Of a stretch of DNA of 64,000 nucleotides, positions 28,923-38,105 are shown one piece after another. This DNA comes from an uncultured Eubacteriales bacterium (GTDB lineage Bacteria; Bacillota; Peptococcia; Peptococcales; SKKY01): positions 80,494 through 144,493 of the forward strand of contig CAZXPJ010000002.1 of the NCBI GenBank assembly GCA_964642925.1, given 5' to 3'. Made by a program: the position numbers and the translations under genes. The notes beneath the pieces are model-generated. The model worked only from the letters and a program-made list of their open reading frames with translations, was not told the origin of the DNA and searched no databases. Position 1 is the first letter of the stretch; each line of letters begins with the position of its first letter.

Positions 28923-30596
28923 TTGAATCAGAAGATACGTTTGGGAGATTTGCTTGTAGATAATAATATAATAACTCAGGAACAGTTAATGGAAGCCCTT
29001 CAAGAACAAAAAGATACTAAAAAGAGATTGGGCTCTGTCCTTATTGATCTTAAATTTGTTTCTGAAGAAAAACTTAATGAATTTTTATCCAAACAACTAA
29101 ACATCGAATATAGAAGTTTGACTATCCAAGATCTAGACCTAGAAGCGGCAAAACTCATTCCTGAAAATGTTGCTAGAAGAAGCAATGTTATTCCTTTTTC
29201 CAAAATAGGCAATTCACTTTATTTAGCTATGAGTGATCCATTAGATCGTTTATCTGTTCAAGATGTAAGGTTCCTAACTAATTTAGAAGTTAAGCCTGTT
29301 CTTGTTAAAGAATCAGATATAAAGAACTTAATAGATAGTACCTTTAAAAGTGGAGATATTAAAGATGCTGCTAATGAGTATTTAAATAATTTAGATGATT
29401 TAAGTGAGTTAGAAAGAGGCTCATTAGATATTAATGCAGCACCCATTGTAAAATTAATTAAATCAATTTTTGACAGCGCGGTTAGTATGAATTCCAGTGA
29501 TATACATATTGAACCTGAAGAGGAAAAAATGAGAGTTCGTTTTAGAATTGATGGTATTTTACAAGAGACTCTATCTACGGATATTAAACCTCATAATTCT
29601 GTAGTTAATAGAATAAAAATTTTATCAGGAATGAATATTTCAGAAAAAAGATTACCCCAAGATGGAAGAATTCTTCATGATAGTAATGGTATGCCCATAG
29701 ATATGAGAGTATCTTCTATGCCCACTAATCATGGGGAGAAAATAGTTATTAGACTTTTAAACAGAGCTAATTTTATGGTACACAAAAAGAGCTTGGGTTT
29801 CTCTGAAAGAGATGAGTTAATTTTTGAAAAATTTCTTAAGACACCCTATGGGATTATAATTGTCACAGGGCCAACAGGAAGTGGTAAAACCACAACCTTA
29901 TACTCTATGCTGAATGAATTAAATGACAATAAGAAAAATATAATAACTTTAGAAGATCCAATTGAATTTGATATAAAAGGAATTAGTCAAACCCAAGTTA
30001 ATACAGAAGCGGGGCTTTTTTTTAGCAATGGATTAAGATCTATACTTCGCCAAGATCCGGATATTGTTATGGTTGGTGAAATTCGTGATGGTGAGACAGC
30101 GGATATTGCCATTAGGGCAGCTTTAACGGGACACTTAGTATTGACAACTTTACATACAAATAATGCTGTAGGAAGTATTCCTCGTTTAATAGATATGGGA
30201 ATCGAACCCTTTTTATTATCCTCATCTTTAATAGGGATAATATCTCAACGCCTAGTCAGAAAAATTTGCCCAAAATGTAAAGTTGAATATAAGGCAACAG
30301 AAGATGAAAAAAGGCTATTGGGAGTTTCTTTAGAAGAGGACCTAACTTTATATAAAGGAGAGGGCTGTGGAAATTGTATGCAGTCTGGATATAAGGGAAG
30401 AACTGGTGTTTTTGAAGTATTGGAAGTATCCCGAGGAATTCGGAAACTAATAGATGAAGGTGCCAGCGGTGATGATATAAATGATTTAGCCTTATCCCAA
30501 GGTTTTCAGGGCTTATTTTTAGATGGTAAGAAGAAAGTTCTTGACGGGGTAACAACAATAGAGGAACTTATAAGGGCTGCTTATATTGGCGGATAG
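28923..30596 (+). CDS. pilB: type IV pilus assembly ATPase PilB (GspE family) with MshEN-type N-domain
   Basis: 557 aa with a TTG start. Contains Walker A GPTGSGKTTT, LRQDPDIVMVGEIRD and the tetracysteine CPKC...CGNC. The N-terminus carries tandem RLGxxL...Q repeats. Confidence 0.9.
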   Translation: MNQKIRLGDLLVDNNIITQEQLMEALQEQKDTKKRLGSVLIDLKFVSEEKLNEFLSKQLNIEYRSLTIQDLDLEAAKLIPENVARRSNVIPFSKIGNSLYLAMSDPLDRLSVQDVRFLTNLEVKPVLVKESDIKNLIDSTFKSGDIKDAANEYLNNLDDLSELERGSLDINAAPIVKLIKSIFDSAVSMNSSDIHIEPEEEKMRVRFRIDGILQETLSTDIKPHNSVVNRIKILSGMNISEKRLPQDGRILHDSNGMPIDMRVSSMPTNHGEKIVIRLLNRANFMVHKKSLGFSERDELIFEKFLKTPYGIIIVTGPTGSGKTTTLYSMLNELNDNKKNIITLEDPIEFDIKGISQTQVNTEAGLFFSNGLRSILRQDPDIVMVGEIRDGETADIAIRAALTGHLVLTTLHTNNAVGSIPRLIDMGIEPFLLSSSLIGIISQRLVRKICPKCKVEYKATEDEKRLLGVSLEEDLTLYKGEGCGNCMQSGYKGRTGVFEVLEVSRGIRKLIDEGASGDDINDLALSQGFQGLFLDGKKKVLDGVTTIEELIRAAYIGG

Positions 30597-30608
30597 GGGT
30601 TTTATTTA

Positions 30609-31844
30609 ATGGCTGTTTATAAATATCGAGCTATGGGCAAAGATGGAAAAATAAGAAGCTCCGAAATTGAAGGAGCTTCTGTAAATGATGCTAGAATAAA
30701 AATTAAAGAAATGGATTTAACTCCTATTGAAATTATTCCAGAAAGAGAAAAAAAAGAAAAAGGCGATGGTTTTTTAAATGCAAGTCTATTTAAACCGAAA
30801 AAATCCCAAAAATATCTTAAGGTAGATGTTTTAAGCCATTTTTGTAGACAGTTATCTGTTATTATAGATTCAGGAATAAATACGATTAAAGGTTTGGAGG
30901 TTTTAAAACTTCAAATTTCCGATAAGAGGACTCAGGGTGAAATTGACAGATTGATTAACTCCATAGAGCGAGGTTTAACTATATCTGAAGCAATGGATGC
31001 TCCTGGAAGTCTCTTTCCTCCTATTTTAGCGGGAATGGTTAGGGCAGGAGAATCAACAGGAAAAATTGATATAGTACTAAGAAGCATGGCAGATTATTAT
31101 GAAAAAGAGAACTTGTTGCAGAAGAAAATAAAGTCTGCATCAGTTTATCCCATAATCGTATTAGTAATGGCTTTGGCCTTGGTAATATTTTTCGTGAATT
31201 TCCTCTTTCCTATGGTTATTAATATAGTAGAAAGTTCTGGTGGCAAACTCCCTTTCCTGACAAGAGCAGTTATTGGAATTTCAACCCTATTACGAGATTA
31301 TTTTTACCTTATAATTCCATTATTTATTTTAATCATCTTAGGAATAAGAAATTATTTATCTAAAGAAAAAGGTAAAAGATTGCTAGATAAGTTTCTTTTT
31401 AAATTACCCTTGATCGGTACTTCAAAAAAAAATATTATTAGCTTAAGATTCTCCATGGCCATGTATGTTTTTACTCTTAGTGGATTTTCTATTATTCAAG
31501 GTTTAGTATTATTAAAAAGTATTGTAGGGAGCCCTCTAGCTGAAGATAGCATAGATTCTACAATTAAGGGTCTCCAAAGGGGAGAATCCATTAGTGAAAA
31601 TCTTAAAAGAGATCAATTTTTTGACGATATATTAATTCAAATGGTATCAATTGGAGAAGAAACAGGGCAAATGCAAAAGCTTACAGAAAAGTTAGTGGAT
31701 TATTATGATAAAGAAGTGGAGTTAGGAATAAACAAGCTAATTTCCCTTGCTGAACCTACTTTAATGTTAGTTATTGGTGTAGTAGTAGGAGCCTTGATAA
31801 TCTCAGTAGCCTTACCAATGTTAACCATGTTCACTAATATTTAG
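30609..31844 (+). CDS. pilC: type IV pilus platform protein PilC (GspF family)
   Basis: 411 aa with two GspF repeats and 3 TM segments. Typical sequence (F.RQLS..IDSGI....L). Confidence 0.88.
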   Translation: MAVYKYRAMGKDGKIRSSEIEGASVNDARIKIKEMDLTPIEIIPEREKKEKGDGFLNASLFKPKKSQKYLKVDVLSHFCRQLSVIIDSGINTIKGLEVLKLQISDKRTQGEIDRLINSIERGLTISEAMDAPGSLFPPILAGMVRAGESTGKIDIVLRSMADYYEKENLLQKKIKSASVYPIIVLVMALALVIFFVNFLFPMVINIVESSGGKLPFLTRAVIGISTLLRDYFYLIIPLFILIILGIRNYLSKEKGKRLLDKFLFKLPLIGTSKKNIISLRFSMAMYVFTLSGFSIIQGLVLLKSIVGSPLAEDSIDSTIKGLQRGESISENLKRDQFFDDILIQMVSIGEETGQMQKLTEKLVDYYDKEVELGINKLISLAEPTLMLVIGVVVGALIISVALPMLTMFTNI

Positions 31845-31869
31845 ATTTTAATAAGACGGGAGCCAGAAA

Positions 31870-32775
31870 ATGAGCAAACTGTTTATTCAGATAATGGACA
31901 CAAATATAACTTTAACTGCTGGTTCATTAAAAAGACAGGATGAATATACCATCTCTTTCCAAAAGGAGATAGAAATGGATATTTCTAAGGAAAATCCAGA
32001 TGCTTTTGGGCAAAGAGTTATAGATGAGTTCACTTTAGCTAATGTTTTTGTTCATGGAAGAAAAAAACAAGATATTGACATAATTTATAGCAAACAAGGA
32101 ATTCTATATAGAATCATCAAAATTCCCTTAATGCCCATGGATGATTTAGAAAAAATGATGGAAATGGAAAAAGGAGAATATTTATCTGTAAATCCCGATG
32201 ATTACGAGATAAGATATAAAGTTGTTGACAAATATGATGAAAATGGACAAATATTTTGGGATATTGCTATTGCAGGAGCGGAAAAGAAAAAATTAAACCA
32301 AATTGTAGATACATTAGATAAATTTGCTTTTAAAATAAATTTTGTAGATATACTACCTTCTAATTATGAGCGTTTCTTTTCAAAAGTAGAGGAGAGGGAT
32401 TTAATTATATTAGAAGATGATGGAGATTCTTCAAGAATATGTATTTTAAAGAGTGGCAAGGTTTTTCTTTATGCTGACTTTCCTATAGATAATAAAGAAA
32501 TGTTTATTTCTGGCGATTATAGCAAGCTTATTTCAGAAGTAAGAGGTTATATGGAGTATTATTCATCTCGTAACTTCGGCAAGACTATTGATGCACTTAT
32601 TTTATTAAGAAATTATAATGAAAAGATTATTCGTGAGGAAATTCTAAATTTAGTTCAGATAAAGATATATAAAACTGAAGAATTACAAGAGATATTACTA
32701 AAAAACAAAGAAGAAGGCTCCCAGGAGACATCAATAGAAAGATTCTATGCAGCAATGAGTTTAATGAATTTATAG
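31870..32775 (+). CDS. pilM: PilM-like pilus assembly protein
   Basis: 301 aa with no TM. Actin-like PilM pattern (P.M..DDLE..M..E..EYL...P.DYE.RY.V; A.A.K..L.Q....L....F....VD.LP). It sits in the standard pilC-pilM-pilN-pilO order. Confidence 0.6.
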   Translation: MSKLFIQIMDTNITLTAGSLKRQDEYTISFQKEIEMDISKENPDAFGQRVIDEFTLANVFVHGRKKQDIDIIYSKQGILYRIIKIPLMPMDDLEKMMEMEKGEYLSVNPDDYEIRYKVVDKYDENGQIFWDIAIAGAEKKKLNQIVDTLDKFAFKINFVDILPSNYERFFSKVEERDLIILEDDGDSSRICILKSGKVFLYADFPIDNKEMFISGDYSKLISEVRGYMEYYSSRNFGKTIDALILLRNYNEKIIREEILNLVQIKIYKTEELQEILLKNKEEGSQETSIERFYAAMSLMNL

Positions 32776-32785
32776 CCGGGGGCAG

Positions 32786-33439
32786 GTGAGCATTTTGACA
32801 AAAGATAATTTCAATTTTATTCCAGAAGCATATCTAGAAAAAGAAAAAATAAGAAAAAGACAAAGAATGGTTAAAATTTTATTACCCATTCTAATTCTTA
32901 TGCTTATTTTACCTGTAGCCCTAATTTATTTCAGTAACCAAAATACTCTAGAAAAAATTGATAAACTGCAAGAGGAACAAAAAATCCTACTAGAAGAAGT
33001 TCAAGAAATGGAATTGGTAGAATCAAATATTGCCGAAATAGAAGGTAGAATTAGTATCTTTTCAGATTTGTTAAGCAATTCCTATAAAAGAGTTATTAAT
33101 ATTAGAAATATTGAAAAATACATACCCAAAGAGATTATTTATACTAAAATTTCTCTTTTGTTTTCCGACTATACAGCCTTTTCCTCGGAGGAAATAGAAT
33201 TAGGAGCCAAGGAAGAAGCTGTAGAGGAACCAGAGCTTAAGATTTACGAAAATGTTCCAAACATAATGGTTATTGAGGGAAAAACAAGAAAATTAGAAGC
33301 CATTAGCAGATTCGTTTATCAACTTAATCAGGATCCTTTAATGGAAGTTGTAAATATGGAGCAAATAAGTTGGCTAGAAGAAGAAAAAATAAACTCCTTT
33401 CTTATAATTGTTGAAATAAAGGAGGATGTTTTAAAATGA
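32786..33439 (+). CDS. pilN: PilN-like pilus assembly protein
   Basis: 217 aa. N-terminal FNFIPE motif, one TM and a coiled coil. The true start may be the TTG at 32795. Confidence 0.5.
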   Translation: MSILTKDNFNFIPEAYLEKEKIRKRQRMVKILLPILILMLILPVALIYFSNQNTLEKIDKLQEEQKILLEEVQEMELVESNIAEIEGRISIFSDLLSNSYKRVINIRNIEKYIPKEIIYTKISLLFSDYTAFSSEEIELGAKEEAVEEPELKIYENVPNIMVIEGKTRKLEAISRFVYQLNQDPLMEVVNMEQISWLEEEKINSFLIIVEIKEDVLK

Positions 33440-34188
33440 CTGACAAAAGGTTAAAATACCTAAAAATTGCTGGCCTAACTTTTATCCTTGCTTTTTATCT
33501 TTATTTTCTCATATTTAGTCAACTCCAGGATAATATAATCTTAAAAAGAGAAGAAAAAAGACTAATTGAAGAAAACCTAGCTTATGCAGAAAGGCTAGAA
33601 GGATTAAAAAATACCGAAGAAATTTTAACATATTTAGAAAAAGAGGCACTTTTAGTTGAAGAAAAACTTAAACATGACTTGAGGGATGGAGCTTTTCTTG
33701 TTAATTTAACGGAGAAAATATCAAAAGAAAAGTTAATATTGGCATCCTATTCTATAAGTCCAGTACAAGACTTTCAAAGTTTTTACGCTTTACCTGGTAA
33801 AATTACTTTAGTGGGAAATTATAGAGGAGTAATGAATGTTCTTAACTATATGGAATATCAGCCTAATATGACTCAAATTCAGGATATCACAATAAAAGAT
33901 ATGGAAGAGAATGAAATTGAAATGTATTATGGAAGTGGAGAGGATTTTGGTCTACTAACAGATAAAATTCTAGTAGAAAGAGATCCAGCTACGGTTCTAC
34001 CTGGGGAAAGCCCCTATGAGGAAGTGGAAATAACTAGGTCCATTGAAGTCAATTTGGATGAATTGTTTTCTGGAAGGGTAATAGCAGAATGCACTTATGT
34101 TCTTTATACAATCCCCAGTCCTCAGGCGAAAATAGAATTAAATAATATTCAAAATTGGAGAACAGGGAATCCTAATCCTTTTCAATAA
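33436..34188 (+). CDS. pilO: PilO-like pilus assembly protein
   Basis: 250 aa with an N-terminal TM and a coiled coil. It overlaps pilN by 4 nt. The call rests mainly on position and topology. Confidence 0.45.
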   Translation: MTDKRLKYLKIAGLTFILAFYLYFLIFSQLQDNIILKREEKRLIEENLAYAERLEGLKNTEEILTYLEKEALLVEEKLKHDLRDGAFLVNLTEKISKEKLILASYSISPVQDFQSFYALPGKITLVGNYRGVMNVLNYMEYQPNMTQIQDITIKDMEENEIEMYYGSGEDFGLLTDKILVERDPATVLPGESPYEEVEITRSIEVNLDELFSGRVIAECTYVLYTIPSPQAKIELNNIQNWRTGNPNPFQ

Positions 34189-34221
34189 AATTAACTAAGT
34201 TAAAACTAAGGAGGACTTTAT

Positions 34222-35265
34222 ATGGATAGGATCACAGGGGCATTAAAAATCGCTATAGAGAGTAAGGCTTCGGATATCCATTTAAGTCACGGAAGCCCAC
34301 CTATTCTAAGAATAAATGGGGAATTGGTTAAAACTGAGTTTTCCCCTCTAGAGGACGAGATTATTGAAAAATTTATTAGGGATATTGGAACTCCCCTCCT
34401 CCTTGAGGAATATAAGGAAAAAGGGGAAGCTGATTTTGCTCATTTGATTTTCCAACAAAGGTTTAGGATTAATATATTCCGGGAGCGTTGCAACAATGCA
34501 GTAACTATGCGCTTAATAAATGATGAAATTCCAGATATAGATAAAATGGGAATGCCAGAGGTATTTAAGGTCTTAAGCAAAAAGAAAAATGGGTTAATTC
34601 TTGTAACAGGACCGACAGGCTCAGGTAAGTCTACAACGATGGCTGCTATTATTAATGAAATCAATAAAAATGAGAGCCGTCATATTATTACTCTTGAAGA
34701 TCCAATAGAATATATTTTTGCAAATAATAAAAGTCTTATTAAACAAAGAGAAGTAAATGTGGATACAAAAAGTTTCTCTAATGGGGTAAGAGCTTCCCTC
34801 CGCCAAGACCCAGATGTAATTTTAGTAGGAGAAATGAGAGATTTTGAAACAGTAAGTGCCGCGATAATGGCAGCGGAAACAGGGCACCTTGTTATATCCA
34901 CATTGCATACTCTAGGAGCAACCAAAACAATAGATAGAATAATTGATGTATTTCCTCCTCACCAACAAGGACAGATTCGTTCCCAATTAGCTATGACCTT
35001 AGAGGGTGTTATTTCTCAAGTTCTTTTGAAAAATATAAGAAATAACGGTAGAGTAGCCGCTTATGAAATTATGCTGGCTAATCATGCAATCCGGAATTTA
35101 ATTAGAGAAGGGAAAACTCATCAATTGCAAAATGTTATTCAAACTAGTGCCAAAAGCGGTATGATAACTATGGATATGTACTTAAAAAATTTAGTTAATG
35201 AGCAGATAGTAACTCATGAAGCTGCATCAGAACATATAGTAGAAGAGTTAACCCTTGTTAATTAA
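34222..35265 (+). CDS. pilT: twitching-motility (retraction) ATPase PilT
   Basis: 347 aa. Contains ASDIHL, Walker A GPTGSGKSTT, LRQDPDVILVGEMRD and TGHLVISTLHT. Confidence 0.9.
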   Translation: MDRITGALKIAIESKASDIHLSHGSPPILRINGELVKTEFSPLEDEIIEKFIRDIGTPLLLEEYKEKGEADFAHLIFQQRFRINIFRERCNNAVTMRLINDEIPDIDKMGMPEVFKVLSKKKNGLILVTGPTGSGKSTTMAAIINEINKNESRHIITLEDPIEYIFANNKSLIKQREVNVDTKSFSNGVRASLRQDPDVILVGEMRDFETVSAAIMAAETGHLVISTLHTLGATKTIDRIIDVFPPHQQGQIRSQLAMTLEGVISQVLLKNIRNNGRVAAYEIMLANHAIRNLIREGKTHQLQNVIQTSAKSGMITMDMYLKNLVNEQIVTHEAASEHIVEELTLVN

Positions 35266-35304
35266 ACGAAATATTTAACAATAAAATCATTGGAGGAATT
35301 AAAT

Positions 35305-35826
35305 TTGGATAAGGTAAGTAAAGTTCTTATATCTCAAGAGGAAATTACTAAAAAAGTTAAAGAGCTAGGAAAAAGAATTACAAAGGACTATGAAGGTAAG
35401 AGTTTATTATGTGTTTGTATTTTAAAAGGATCTTTTATGTTTACAGCAGACTTAATTAGAGAAATAAAACTGCCTTTAGAGATTGATTTTATGGCTGTTT
35501 CAAGTTATGGATCTTCTACAAAGTCTTCAGGTATTGTTAAGATTATTAAAGACCTAGACCGCTCAGTAGAGGGTAAACATGTTCTAATTATTGAGGACAT
35601 TATAGATTCAGGATTAACCTTACAATATCTTTTTAGCAATCTTGTTAATAGAAAAGCTGAAAGTGTTAAAATTTGTTCCTTTCTTGATAAAAAAGAGAGA
35701 AGAGTAGTTGATATTCTTCCAGATTATATTGGTTATGAAATACCTGATGAATTTGTTATAGGATATGGGCTAGATTTTGCAGGGAAATATCGAAATTTAA
35801 ACTATGTTGGTATTTATAGTGAATAA
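35305..35826 (+). CDS. hpt: hypoxanthine phosphoribosyltransferase
   Basis: Contains the PRPP motif [14 protein letters not shown] and a typical Hpt N-terminus. GGAGG lies 8 nt before the TTG at 35305. The ORF-track start at 35290 overlaps the RBS. Confidence 0.88.
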   Translation: MDKVSKVLISQEEITKKVKELGKRITKDYEGKSLLCVCILKGSFMFTADLIREIKLPLEIDFMAVSSYGSSTKSSGIVKIIKDLDRSVEGKHVLIIEDIIDSGLTLQYLFSNLVNRKAESVKICSFLDKKERRVVDILPDYIGYEIPDEFVIGYGLDFAGKYRNLNYVGIYSE

Positions 35827-35840
35827 ACTTTTAAATATTT

Positions 35841-35869
35841 AAAAAACCGGGTAACTACCGGTTTTTTTT
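35841..35869 (+). terminator. terminator after hpt
   Basis: AAAAAACCGG-GTAACTA-CCGGTTTTTTTT. Confidence 0.75.
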
Positions 35870-35906
35870 GTTATAATAGCATAAAATAGGACAAGAGGAG
35901 GCCAAT

Positions 35907-37412
35907 ATGGGAATAGAAAAACAACTTTCCAGAATACGATATTTGGCTGAAACAGAAGAAAAAAATAAAGATGAAATAAAAGTTCTAGAAAAAGGCCTAA
36001 TGGATCACATCTTATTAATGGAGGAAATACTCCAAAGTATACCTGATGTAATAGGTGTTATTCGACCAGATTTGACCATGGCTTTTTTTAATGAAGCAGG
36101 TTATAAATTGTTTAATTTAGATAGGGATAGGGTGCGTTCAAAAAAATGTTATGAGCTTTTTAATAAAACAGAAAAATGTGAATTCTGTGTATTAGACCAT
36201 GTTATTAGAAGTAAACAAGAATTAATTGGTGATAAGTTTGTAAAAGAATTAGACCGGTATATGGAGTTCTTTTATAAGCCTGTTTTTGATGTTGAAGGTA
36301 ATGTAGATTTAATTATCTTAAAATTGAGAGATATGACAGGTCAAAAATTAATTGAGGAACAATTACAGACTCAAGAAAAAGCTTATAGAAAAATATTCGA
36401 GTTTTCTCCCTACGGGATAATGATAGTACAAGATACAAAAATAATGATGGTAAATTCAGAAGTAATAAAGACTTTAGGTTATAGAGAAAAAGAATTAAAA
36501 GATATGGATGTAAGTAAAATTGTTCATGAAGATTATCTACAGAGAGCTATCAAAACTTTTAAAAGTCTAAATAGCGAAAGAGTAATGAAGATAGAAACGG
36601 AATTAGTTATTATAAAAAAAGATGGTAAAAAATGTTATATGGATGTAACTGCTAGTAAAACAGATTTTCTAGGAAAAAGTGCTCTACAAGTTACTTTAAG
36701 AGACGCAACTAAACTTAAAAATGAAATGGATAAAGCATCAAAAATCCAGAAAGTAAGAATGGACCAGCTCCTTGTTAATTTAGATAAGATAAACTTTTCA
36801 AGAGTTTATGTTCCTAAAAGTATAGTCTCTGGGGATTTTTTCCACATATTCCGTACTGGAGAAAATGAAATGGTAGGATTTTTAGGAGATTCTAATGGGA
36901 ATGGAGTTTCCGCAGCTCTTTTAAACTCCGCTGTAAAGGTAATAATAAATGATGTTATAAGAAAAACTACTGAGCCTGAAGAGCTATTAGATATGCTTCA
37001 TGAAAAATTTCAGCCAATTTTTTCAGAAGACTATATTGCAGCTATTTGTTTTAAGATAGATTTCTTAAATAAAAAAATAACTATTACTAGCGCGGGCATT
37101 AATGAATATATTATTGAAAGAAAAGGCAGTCCTACTTTGAACATATTAAAAGGTCCTCCTATTGGAGGTAAAATGCCTAATACTAGTTTTGATACTATGG
37201 TGCATGATTTTCATCCTAAGGACAAAATTTATGTATTTACAGATGGTTTTGGCAAAACAATTCAGGATAAAATATTTAAAGAAAAAATCTTTAAGAAAAG
37301 TTTAGAAGAACAAAGGGAATATATTGCAGATTATTTTGCGAAGCCAGACAATGTTAAGGACGATGTAATGTGGATTGGCATTGAGAGTTTGCTAGAAAAA
37401 GAAATAGGGTAA
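35907..37412 (+). CDS. PAS-domain PP2C (SpoIIE-type) serine phosphatase
   Basis: 501 aa. Two PAS-like segments precede SGDFFHIF ... GDSNGNGVSAALL ... FTDGF, the SpoIIE/PPM family motifs. Confidence 0.8.
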   Translation: MGIEKQLSRIRYLAETEEKNKDEIKVLEKGLMDHILLMEEILQSIPDVIGVIRPDLTMAFFNEAGYKLFNLDRDRVRSKKCYELFNKTEKCEFCVLDHVIRSKQELIGDKFVKELDRYMEFFYKPVFDVEGNVDLIILKLRDMTGQKLIEEQLQTQEKAYRKIFEFSPYGIMIVQDTKIMMVNSEVIKTLGYREKELKDMDVSKIVHEDYLQRAIKTFKSLNSERVMKIETELVIIKKDGKKCYMDVTASKTDFLGKSALQVTLRDATKLKNEMDKASKIQKVRMDQLLVNLDKINFSRVYVPKSIVSGDFFHIFRTGENEMVGFLGDSNGNGVSAALLNSAVKVIINDVIRKTTEPEELLDMLHEKFQPIFSEDYIAAICFKIDFLNKKITITSAGINEYIIERKGSPTLNILKGPPIGGKMPNTSFDTMVHDFHPKDKIYVFTDGFGKTIQDKIFKEKIFKKSLEEQREYIADYFAKPDNVKDDVMWIGIESLLEKEIG

Positions 37413-37447
37413 GATATACTTATGAAGTAAAAAGGAGTGATGATTTT

Positions 37448-38059
37448 ATGAAGAAAAAAATAATGATAATGATTCTTCTGGTAGTTTTGGTAGCAAGCCT
37501 TTCTGCCTGTGGAAATAAAACTGATAAAGAAATATCTTTATCAAGGCTTGTAGCCTTTGAAGAGGGAAACTATTGGAAATATAATGGTTACGGCAATGAG
37601 TTCGCTAGTTTAGAAAGAAAAGTACTATATAAAGAAGGAAATAAGGTCCAAATAATGGATAGTAATCCAGGAACCACTATGGCTGTAATATATGAAATTA
37701 CTGATGAAAAAATATCAGTAATTTATAATGAGGGCGAGTCCTATGATGAGGTTAATATTTTAGAAACTGAAGGAAATATGGATCAACCAATCCTTATGGC
37801 CCCAATTAAAGTAGGGCAAACATGGGAAAGCGAAGGAAACAAATATACTGTATTGTCTATTACAGAAAAGGTAGAGACAGAAGTAGAAAACTTTGAGGAC
37901 TGCGTAAAGGTTCAAATTGAGTATCCAGAAAATCCAGCAGTTTTTAATGTTTATTACAAGCCGGACTTAGGAATGGTTAAGCAAGAATACATTGATGAAG
38001 TAGAAGATTTTAAGGTCACTACAATTTTAAGCGAATACCAGGTAAAAGGATATAAATAA
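37448..38059 (+). CDS. lipoprotein of unknown function
   Basis: 203 aa with signal peptide and lipobox LSAC. I recognise no family. Confidence 0.6.
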   Translation: MKKKIMIMILLVVLVASLSACGNKTDKEISLSRLVAFEEGNYWKYNGYGNEFASLERKVLYKEGNKVQIMDSNPGTTMAVIYEITDEKISVIYNEGESYDEVNILETEGNMDQPILMAPIKVGQTWESEGNKYTVLSITEKVETEVENFEDCVKVQIEYPENPAVFNVYYKPDLGMVKQEYIDEVEDFKVTTILSEYQVKGYK

Positions 38060-38105
38060 AACCAGTGGTACTGTAAAAGGTACCACCTTTTTTTGGGAGG
38101 TATAG

